Assembly: GCA_016187485.1 (NCBI GenBank)
Contig: JACPJO010000001.1
Span: forward strand, 6,195-70,194
DNA from: Candidatus Uhrbacteria bacterium
GTDB lineage: Bacteria; Patescibacteriota; Patescibacteriia; UBA9934; UBA10169
Length of the DNA: 64,000 nt
Reading direction: 5' to 3'
Part shown: in pieces, positions 56,941 to 64,000 of the stretch
Layout: each line of letters begins with the position of its first letter
Numbering within the stretch: position 1 is the first letter of the stretch
Translations under genes and position numbers: made by a program
Notes under the pieces: generated by a model
Database searches by the model: none
Told to the model about the DNA's origin: nothing
What the model saw: only the letters and a program-made list of their open reading frames with translations

Positions 56941-58230
56941 ATGATTGTGAAGGAGGAATGTTTTTGGATCACCAGCAGCCCGCGCACGGTTTTTTCGGAA
57001 AATCACGTACCGCGTCAGGTGGATGTGGTTGTCATTGGGGCCGATACGGCCGGTACGACAGCCGCGTATGAGCTCGCGCGTGCCGGGAGCCGTGTTCTTC
57101 TTTTGGATGAGCATGAGGTTGGGTCGGGCATGACCGCGGGGAGTATAGGCGGGCTTATCAGCCTTGCAGGCGCTTCGCTTGCAGAATGCATACGCCGTGG
57201 AGGATTTCCACGCGCCCGCCGATTTGCCGACGCCGTTTTTTCCGCTCTTGAGAGCTCGCGTCGGCTTATCGAACAGGAGCGGCTTGTCTGTGCGCTTCAC
57301 GAAAGCCCGACGCTTCTTTTAGGGCAAACGCCGCTTACGGCGGCCTCTGTTCATGAAGAGTATGCTGCGTGGCGAGCTGTCGGGACTCCTGTCGAATGGA
57401 TGGAGTCGAATGATATTCGTGATGCGTACCCCATGCTTCGCGCCTTGTGCGCTCTTTCTTTTTCGCGAGGGTGCACGATTAACCCCGTGGCGTTTGTACG
57501 GGGTTTAGCGAAGAGAGCAGAGGGGATGGGAGTGGCAGTGTGTGAAGGCGTCTCTGTTCTCGCGTGGAGTCAAGAGGGAGAAGCTATCACGATAAAGACT
57601 TCTCACGGGGAAGTACGCACGCGCCATCTTTTCTTGTGCAGGGCGGCAGAGAATGTGTCACTCTACGAGACGATGATTGTGACGGAACCCGTGGAGCTTC
57701 TGCGCGGATGGTCGCACGGAGAGGTCCTTGCCAATGCTTTGCCACTCCCGGATTGTTCCCGATGGCTTCCCGACGGCCGCATCCTCTTTACTTCCGGACG
57801 AACGCGCGGTCTTTCATCGAGCGATCAGACGTTACATGAATCAGCGCTGCTTCTGCGCCGTTTATTTGCGGATTGGTATGACATGCGTCCACCCGCGATT
57901 GCCGCTACATGGACGCGCGCGGTTCCTCCCGGACATCACATTTTTCCCGTTCTTACACGTAAGAGCAAGAATATTGTGGTTGCGTCGGGCGGGAATGTGG
58001 ATCAACTGGCACTCTTTGTGCAGGCGGGGATAAGCGGAGCGAAGATGATTCAGGGCGCGCCAGTTCCGTACGAGGAGCTCTTTACTTCTGAAAAAGAAAA
58101 ACCCCTTCGCGTATGGGCAGAAGGAGTTTTCCCGCCATGGGTTTCGCGTGTGGCCGCACAAGTGCGGCTTGACGACGAACGCGCAGATGATGCCCAGGCG
58201 CGAGAGCCTATGCATTTTTCAATGCGGTAA
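56941..58230 (+). CDS. FAD-dependent oxidoreductase (DAO/PuuB-like), degenerate
   Basis: DVVVIGADTAGTTAAYELARAG, INPVAFVRGLA. Confidence 0.75.
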   Translation: MIVKEECFWITSSPRTVFSENHVPRQVDVVVIGADTAGTTAAYELARAGSRVLLLDEHEVGSGMTAGSIGGLISLAGASLAECIRRGGFPRARRFADAVFSALESSRRLIEQERLVCALHESPTLLLGQTPLTAASVHEEYAAWRAVGTPVEWMESNDIRDAYPMLRALCALSFSRGCTINPVAFVRGLAKRAEGMGVAVCEGVSVLAWSQEGEAITIKTSHGEVRTRHLFLCRAAENVSLYETMIVTEPVELLRGWSHGEVLANALPLPDCSRWLPDGRILFTSGRTRGLSSSDQTLHESALLLRRLFADWYDMRPPAIAATWTRAVPPGHHIFPVLTRKSKNIVVASGGNVDQLALFVQAGISGAKMIQGAPVPYEELFTSEKEKPLRVWAEGVFPPWVSRVAAQVRLDDERADDAQAREPMHFSMR

Positions 58231-58441
58231 GGTCAATCGCGCGTCCTGCAGCAATCCATTTTTCCAGCGTGCGAAGTCCGCGTGCCGAGATGGTGACCGT
58301 TACCATGCGTCCTGTTGCAGGGTTGCGCAGACGTTTCTTCTGAAGATTGGGACGAAATGCGCGTTTCACATGACGGTTGGAGTGGCTTACGGTGAAGCCT
58401 TTCATGATGGATTTTCCCGTGATGATGCATTGTTTCGCCAT
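58208..58441 (-). CDS. rpmB: 50S ribosomal protein L28
   Basis: MAKQCIITGK...VSHSNRHVKRAFRPNLQ...ISARGLRT. Confidence 0.96.
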   Translation of the reverse strand: MAKQCIITGKSIMKGFTVSHSNRHVKRAFRPNLQKKRLRNPATGRMVTVTISARGLRTLEKWIAAGRAIDLTALKNA

Positions 58442-58485
58442 AGTGGCAAGGAGTGTAGCCTGCCCCGATTTCCTCGTCAACCCTC

Positions 58486-58563
58486 AGAACGGGGTCAGGT
58501 CTTGAATTTTGAATTTTCGGTTCTAAGGCACGAAATTCAAAATTCAAGACCTGACCCCGTTCT
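58486..58563. repeat. 31-bp perfect inverted repeat (REPIN/MITE-like)
   Basis: AGAACGGGGTCAGGTCTTGAATTTTGAATTT ... exact reverse complement at 58533-58563. Confidence 0.85.
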
Positions 58564-58564
58564 C

Positions 58565-59335
58565 TTAATAACGGCGGGACTGGCGCAGGTGGTTTATGTA
58601 GGCGCCGATCAAAAAGGCGTAGGCGCAAATCTGGATGTACATGATAAGCACGATAGCGCTCGAGAGGACGCCGTAGATTTTGAGGCTCGGCATATGCGGG
58701 ACAAGCCATTGGAAAGTGACCGTTCCCGCAAGCCATACGGCCACGGCAAGGCACCCCCCAAAAAGATGCCGATGCCATACGGAAGAAAGGTGGGCGGGGA
58801 GCAAATGATAAAGCGTGGTACAGATGAGAACGCCCGCAACCGCGGCAATGATCCAAAGGGTGAGCTCGGGCATAGGGAGAGAAAGGGCGGCGAATGCCCA
58901 CTCGCCAATAATCAAGGCACTCGAGAGGAGGAGGAAGGCAAGACTTGCCAGGAGGGTGAGGAGGAGCGAGCCAAAGACATGGACATACCAACGCCGGGTT
59001 GTATGCGTCCCATAGACAGCGTCCAGGTTACGCATGAGTCCGCGGAACAGTCGTGCTGCCGCCCACACGAGGAGGACAAAGCTCATCGAAATAATGGGAG
59101 GAAGGGTGTTCTCCCGAAGTGTCTCAAACCACGTCATCGTTGAGGGAGGGATGACTCCTGTCCAGCCTGCCGATTCGGACATGCCGGTGACATGAAAAAG
59201 AATAAGCGTCACAAGTGCCATGGGAAAAATCCCAAACAGCATGTTGAGGCTCAGCGAGGAGACGTGAAGGCTTAACGGAGATTCAAAATGAATGTGGCGG
59301 AAGGCGCGAAGCCAGAGGGAAAAAGTTGATGGCAT
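58565..59335 (-). CDS. YihY/BrkB family membrane protein
   Basis: LYHLLP, IYGVLSSAIVLIMYI, FLIGAYIN. Confidence 0.85.
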   Translation of the reverse strand: MPSTFSLWLRAFRHIHFESPLSLHVSSLSLNMLFGIFPMALVTLILFHVTGMSESAGWTGVIPPSTMTWFETLRENTLPPIISMSFVLLVWAAARLFRGLMRNLDAVYGTHTTRRWYVHVFGSLLLTLLASLAFLLLSSALIIGEWAFAALSLPMPELTLWIIAAVAGVLICTTLYHLLPAHLSSVWHRHLFGGCLAVAVWLAGTVTFQWLVPHMPSLKIYGVLSSAIVLIMYIQICAYAFLIGAYINHLRQSRRY

Positions 59336-59416
59336 AGGGGACGATGAGCTTTTACAGCATACGCTGGAGTGCCTGTGGAAATCAAACGCGTCGTTTCTTG
59401 CTATACTTCAACCATT

Positions 59417-60760
59417 ATGAACTCTCGAGGAATGGGTGTCGCGCACATCGTTGCCGCAGACATGGGGTATGGACACGAGCGGCCGGCGCACTCTCTGCGG
59501 CATTTGGCGCCATCGGGAGAGGGGATTGTGGTGGCCAACAATTATCCCGGGATTCCCTCAAAAGACCGTACCTTGTGGCGCCGGAGTCGGGAATTTTATG
59601 AAACGGTCTCGCGTTCGCGTTCTGTTCCGCTTATTGGAAAGTATCTTTTTGAGCTTGTCGATGCGGCGCAAGCGATCCCTCCGTTTTATCCACGCCGTGA
59701 TCTTTCTCGCCCTACGCTTCAACTTCGGCAAATGTATGCCGGAATCCGCGCAGGACTTGGACGGCATCTTATGGAGAAGCTGGCGCAGAATCCTCTCCCG
59801 CTCGTGTGCACGTTTTTCTATGTTGCTTTCATGGCGGAGGAATATGGATACCCGGGAGATATTTGGTGCGTGACAACAGACGCGGATATTTCTCGCGCAT
59901 GGGCACCACTGTACCCGTCCAAGAGCCGCATTCGATATTTTGCGGCGAACGGGCGTTGTGTGGAGAGATTAAAACTTTACGGCGTACGTCCGGAGAACAT
60001 TTTTCTCACGGGCTTTCCTTTGCCTCCGGAAATCGTAGACGGACCATCGGGGAGGCTGCTGCGGCAGGATCTCTTGCGGCGGCTGTGCGTACTCGATCCC
60101 CAGGGGATTTTCCGCGCGCACCACGCCCCGGCCATCTCTGCGCACCTCGGCGCAGGCGCGTGTCCTCTCGGACGGTCCAGGCGTGTGCCTCACGTGATGT
60201 TTGCTGTGGGAGGGGCGGGAGCGCAAGCGAGTCTGGCGCTTGTCGTTTTGCGATCGCTTGCCGGACTTGTGCGCCGCGGTGCCTTGACGCTTACGCTTAT
60301 GGCCGGGGCGCGTCCTGCGTTGGGAGCGCGTTTTGAAGAAGAGGCAAAACGTCTTCGTCTCGGTTCGTCTTTGGGGAAGACGTTATTTGTGCGCGCGTAC
60401 AAAACACGCCGCGGCTATTTTGACGATTTCGTCGGCCGTATTCGCGAAACGGATATTTTATGGACCAAACCCTCGGAGCTCTCGTTTTACACGGGTCTTG
60501 GCCTCCCTATTCTCATGGCACCTCCTCTGGGCTCGCAAGAGGAGTATAATCGCGAATGGCTTTCTCAAGTGGGCGGCGGCGTGTTTCAGGCAGACCCTGT
60601 CTATACACACGAATGGCTCATGGATTGGATTTCGTCGGGCGCTTTTGCGCGCATGGCGTGGAATGGCTACACCGAAGCCCCCACGCACGGGACCTATCGT
60701 ATAGAAAATGCGCTGGCGGGAAAACGTACCGAAGTAGAGACGCTCCCTCTTATTGTTTAA
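59417..60760 (+). CDS. GT-B fold glycosyltransferase-like protein
   Basis: DMGYGHER, VTTDAD, TGFPLP, DILWTKPSEL, GSQEEYN. Confidence 0.75.
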   Translation: MNSRGMGVAHIVAADMGYGHERPAHSLRHLAPSGEGIVVANNYPGIPSKDRTLWRRSREFYETVSRSRSVPLIGKYLFELVDAAQAIPPFYPRRDLSRPTLQLRQMYAGIRAGLGRHLMEKLAQNPLPLVCTFFYVAFMAEEYGYPGDIWCVTTDADISRAWAPLYPSKSRIRYFAANGRCVERLKLYGVRPENIFLTGFPLPPEIVDGPSGRLLRQDLLRRLCVLDPQGIFRAHHAPAISAHLGAGACPLGRSRRVPHVMFAVGGAGAQASLALVVLRSLAGLVRRGALTLTLMAGARPALGARFEEEAKRLRLGSSLGKTLFVRAYKTRRGYFDDFVGRIRETDILWTKPSELSFYTGLGLPILMAPPLGSQEEYNREWLSQVGGGVFQADPVYTHEWLMDWISSGAFARMAWNGYTEAPTHGTYRIENALAGKRTEVETLPLIV

Positions 60761-60765
60761 CGTTT

Positions 60766-62415
60766 ATGGATGCTCGATTGCACCACTTACTAGAAGTTTT
60801 TGCTCACGATCGTGGACCTGGTTCTCCTGCTCACAACGACCATGGGGGTCACAGCGGCGGTCGCGGCCGTGATGACCACAGCGGAGACGAACACGAACCA
60901 ACCGATCCGACCGGTGTTATCATTGTGAATGATCTTGTGAGCAAGGCGGCGTCGGTCTACGAAGTGGTGCGCAACGCTATTGAATATTCCGAGGCGCATC
61001 TGCTGCGTCGCAACGCCATCCGCCGTATCCTCCGCCGCCGTCTATTTGCCGACGAGGACCCTGCCCGTGTCTCGCGCGATCTCCTGCATGAACTTATTTG
61101 GGCGCGTTACCTTCCTAATAAACACATTCCCATCGAACGCGAATCCGAAGTCGCGCATATTCTACAGAAGTACGTGCGTTTGTTTGCCGCCGTGGAGACA
61201 GATCACCTTTCGTCGCGCGCGTCGGCATGGCTGCTCGATCTTGTTTCAACGGAAGTTGAGTATCTCCTCACGCCGCCCACAAAAGAAGAAGCAATGGTGC
61301 TCTTTGCCTACCACACGCTTCGCACGCAAACGAAATGGGAGGGAAAACTTCCGATCGCGGAGGACGAGAAAGATATTCAGCTCTATGTCGGCGTGCATCG
61401 CACGCTGCTCAAGTCTAACCAGGCGACGCTTCGTTACCGTATTTTCCTTCTTTTCTATCCTGCATGGCACGCGGCAAGCGATGAACTTGTAGGGGAAGTG
61501 GCGGCAGGGCTTGAAAAGGTTGTCGCCGCTATTGACCATCACGTGGCGCATCCCATGGGGGAGACGATCGCGCGGCTACTGCGCCAGAAGATGGTGCTCT
61601 TCAAAATCCTTCACGATGTTTTGGAAGAAGAGGGAGAGCGCGCCTCAACCGTCTGCCAAGATCAAGCGGCGCTTGCCGAGGCGGTAAAGAAAGTTGCAGG
61701 GCGCCGATACAAAGCATTTCATGCACGATTGTGGCGGCTCGTTTTGCGCGCAGTCTTTTTCCTGTTTTGCACCAAACTTATTTTGGCGTTCATCATTGAA
61801 CTCCCGTACCAGCTTTTCGTGGTGAAAGAACGGAGCTACGTGCCGTTACTTGTGAATGTGCTCTTCCATCCGTTTCTGCTTGCGGCACTTGGGCTCACTG
61901 GAACAATTCCGGAGAAGAAAAATACGAAACTTCTTATTGAAGGGGTGCGTTCTCTTGTATTCGGCGGCGAGGGCATGAAGACGACGGTGACGGTTTCTAA
62001 GCCGTGGGCGCGCGGGTTTGCTAACGTGGTCTTCAATCTTATTTATGCGGCGACATTCGTGGTGAGCTTTGGACTCATTGCCGCGTTTCTTATTTCGCTT
62101 GGCTTCCACGTTGTCTCGATTATCCTCTTCCTCTTCTTTCTCTCGCTTGTGGCGTTCTTTGGCATCAGTATCCGCTCCGCGCGCAAAGAACTGCTTATTG
62201 TGCCGGGCAAAGGCGGATTTTTCTCTGTGCTTGGGGATTTCTTCACGCTTCCCATTATTCGCGCCGGCCGGTGGATTTCCATGCACGCGCCGCGCGTCAA
62301 TGTGTTTTTATTCTTTCTCGACTTTATTGTAGAGGCGCCATTTAAACTGGTAATCCAAGTGGTCGAAGGGTGGCTCGCCTTTATGAAAGAGAAAAAAGAA
62401 GAGATTAGCGCATGA
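60766..62415 (+). CDS. Conserved hypothetical membrane protein
   Basis: Soluble N-domain (YEVVRNAIEYSEAHLLRRNAIRRILRR), C-terminal TMs, DFIVEAPFK. Confidence 0.8.
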   Translation: MDARLHHLLEVFAHDRGPGSPAHNDHGGHSGGRGRDDHSGDEHEPTDPTGVIIVNDLVSKAASVYEVVRNAIEYSEAHLLRRNAIRRILRRRLFADEDPARVSRDLLHELIWARYLPNKHIPIERESEVAHILQKYVRLFAAVETDHLSSRASAWLLDLVSTEVEYLLTPPTKEEAMVLFAYHTLRTQTKWEGKLPIAEDEKDIQLYVGVHRTLLKSNQATLRYRIFLLFYPAWHAASDELVGEVAAGLEKVVAAIDHHVAHPMGETIARLLRQKMVLFKILHDVLEEEGERASTVCQDQAALAEAVKKVAGRRYKAFHARLWRLVLRAVFFLFCTKLILAFIIELPYQLFVVKERSYVPLLVNVLFHPFLLAALGLTGTIPEKKNTKLLIEGVRSLVFGGEGMKTTVTVSKPWARGFANVVFNLIYAATFVVSFGLIAAFLISLGFHVVSIILFLFFLSLVAFFGISIRSARKELLIVPGKGGFFSVLGDFFTLPIIRAGRWISMHAPRVNVFLFFLDFIVEAPFKLVIQVVEGWLAFMKEKKEEISA

Positions 62416-63398
62416 AGAAACACGCACACATCGCAAGCGGACTCTGGAGGACGACGCTTGTAGTGTGCGGCCTCGTGCTTGCCGTTCTCCTGCTTTCCGC
62501 CACACGGACAACGAAGCCGGAGCTTGGCATAACGTGGAGTTCGCGTGCGGCGCGCGACATCGGTCTTGATCCTGCCGCTGCGTTTGACCGCGTGCTCGCG
62601 GAGCTGGACCCGGCGCATATCCGTTTGCCCGTGTATTGGGACGATGTAGAGCCGCGGGAAGGAGAATTCGACTTCTCCGCATACGACGAGATGCTTGAAA
62701 AGGCCGGCGCCGCGGGCGTCGAGGTGACGCTTGCCGTTGGAGTGAAGGTGCCGCGCTGGCCGGAATGTTACATACCCGAATGGATGGATGCAGACGATGC
62801 GGAGCGTTTGAAGACGCGGGTACGGATGCTTCTTACAACGACGATTGAACGCTATCGTACGCATCCGGCCGTGACGCGATTCCAAATCGAAAACGAACCC
62901 TTCCTCTTTTTCGGCAAGTGTCCGAAGCCCGATGCGGCTTTCCTAAAAGAAGAATTCGCTATTGCTCGCTCCCTTACCTCAAAACCGCTCGTGATGACTA
63001 CCAGTGGAGAGCTGGAGCCGTGGTTGCACACGATTCCCTATGCCGACGAAGTGGGATTTTCTCTCTACCGACTTGTGTGGAGTCCGATTATCGGTTTTTG
63101 GGTGTATCCTACACAATCGTCGTTTTACTATGCACGGGTAAAGACGCTGGCCCCCTTTGTTGATGAAGTGTTCGTCTCGGAACTTCAGGGCGAACCGTGG
63201 TTTTTTAAACCCCCAGAGGAACTTTCTGTGGAAGATCAGCACCAAATGTTTTCCCCGCGCATGCTGCGCAACAACGTTGCTTTTGCCAAACGGATCGGCG
63301 TGTCGCGGGTGGATGTGTGGGGCGCGGAGTGGTGGCTCTGGATGAAGGAACACGGGGACGCAAGCCTCTGGGAAGAAGCGAGACGGCTTTTCCAATAG
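62412..63398 (+). CDS. Membrane-anchored clan GH-A glycoside hydrolase
   Basis: IRLPVYWDDVEP, acid/base ENEP, nucleophile VSELQGEPW. Confidence 0.85.
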   Translation: MKKHAHIASGLWRTTLVVCGLVLAVLLLSATRTTKPELGITWSSRAARDIGLDPAAAFDRVLAELDPAHIRLPVYWDDVEPREGEFDFSAYDEMLEKAGAAGVEVTLAVGVKVPRWPECYIPEWMDADDAERLKTRVRMLLTTTIERYRTHPAVTRFQIENEPFLFFGKCPKPDAAFLKEEFAIARSLTSKPLVMTTSGELEPWLHTIPYADEVGFSLYRLVWSPIIGFWVYPTQSSFYYARVKTLAPFVDEVFVSELQGEPWFFKPPEELSVEDQHQMFSPRMLRNNVAFAKRIGVSRVDVWGAEWWLWMKEHGDASLWEEARRLFQ

Positions 63399-63417
63399 AT
63401 GATACAATGAGCCGACT

Positions 63418-64000
63418 ATGTTGGGCGTTTTTCTGTTTCTACTCGGCGCTTCCGTAGGAAGTTTTTTTGCGGCGTGGGCGGGGAGAGGGTCGCTGGCGGC
63501 TGTGGCGCGGGGAAGGTCTTCCTGCCGCAACTGCACTCTTACCCTTCACGGCCATCATCTCGTGCCGATAGTGAGCTGGCTTTTTCTCCGCGGCCGGTGT
63601 GCGCACTGCAAAATCTCTATTCCTCTTTCCTTGCTGGTGACAGAGGCGGCATTTGGCGTCCTCTTTCTTTTGCTGTGGTTTGTTCAGTTTGGAAGTTTCA
63701 CTCACGTCCCCACGGATGAACGCGCGTGGCTTGGGTTTGCCGTTAAGCTGCTTTTTCTGCTCATGTTTGGGATCCTCGCCTTGTTTGATTGGTACCACAT
63801 GACTCTCCCGGACCGTCTTACGGTACCGTTTATCACTATGGCGGCCGTTGTGAATATACTTCTTGAACCAACCGCGGCACGCGCGATCGATCTTCTTTCT
63901 GGCGCCGCCATTCTCGCTGCCTTTTTTGGCTTGCAGTATCTCCTCTCCCGCGGGCGATGGATTGGGGCAGGGGATATACGTTTCGGTGTTCTTCTTGGGG
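63418..64000 (+). CDS. pilD: Prepilin peptidase (A24), runs off window
   Basis: Manual translation: LGASVGSF...RSSCRNC...LVPIVSWLFLRGRCAHC...FDWYHMTLPD...IGAGDIR. Confidence 0.9.
   Translation, partial: MLGVFLFLLGASVGSFFAAWAGRGSLAAVARGRSSCRNCTLTLHGHHLVPIVSWLFLRGRCAHCKISIPLSLLVTEAAFGVLFLLLWFVQFGSFTHVPTDERAWLGFAVKLLFLLMFGILALFDWYHMTLPDRLTVPFITMAAVVNILLEPTAARAIDLLSGAAILAAFFGLQYLLSRGRWIGAGDIRFGVLLG

Noticed and set aside
1-64000. CRISPR array, cas, RT/retron, DGR or transposase genes
   Set aside because: No regularly spaced repeats and no such protein motifs seen.

Overview
Gene-dense bacterial chromosome segment. The gene set points to Patescibacteria/CPR (probably Parcubacteria-like): archaeal-type PyrH, alpha2-type GlyRS, short TsaB, stand-alone PEP-binding domain, DUF4012, DUF5667, half-size MFS, mostly SD-less 'tATG' starts. 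It holds housekeeping genes (xseAB, pyrH, rplJL, mreB, holB, frr, glyQS, tpiA, hflX, hup, typA, rpmB), glycosyltransferase clusters and four intact tRNAs (Thr-GGT, Tyr-GTA, Thr-TGT, Trp-CCA). No integrase, transposase or CRISPR array was seen. Highlights from reading the DNA: (1) the same ECF-type promoter, GTAAGA-N15-CGTCACATAG, lies before the ECF sigma gene and again inside the downstream DUF5667 gene, just ahead of an in-frame ATG and signal peptide; (2) a second class of GC-rich genes with Shine-Dalgarno sites and their own promoters is scattered among core genes, including degenerate PilB, OmpA-like and PNP proteins; (3) a tRNA-Thr(TGT) 5' half carries two palindromes in its D-loop next to an intact copy; (4) a ~210-nt rod-like foldback; (5) an L10-leader attenuator and a leader-peptide attenuator before a racemase gene; (6) several REP-like palindrome families and two small proteins missing from the ORF track. 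All calls come from motif recognition by eye, without database searches; start codons were adjusted manually and are approximate.
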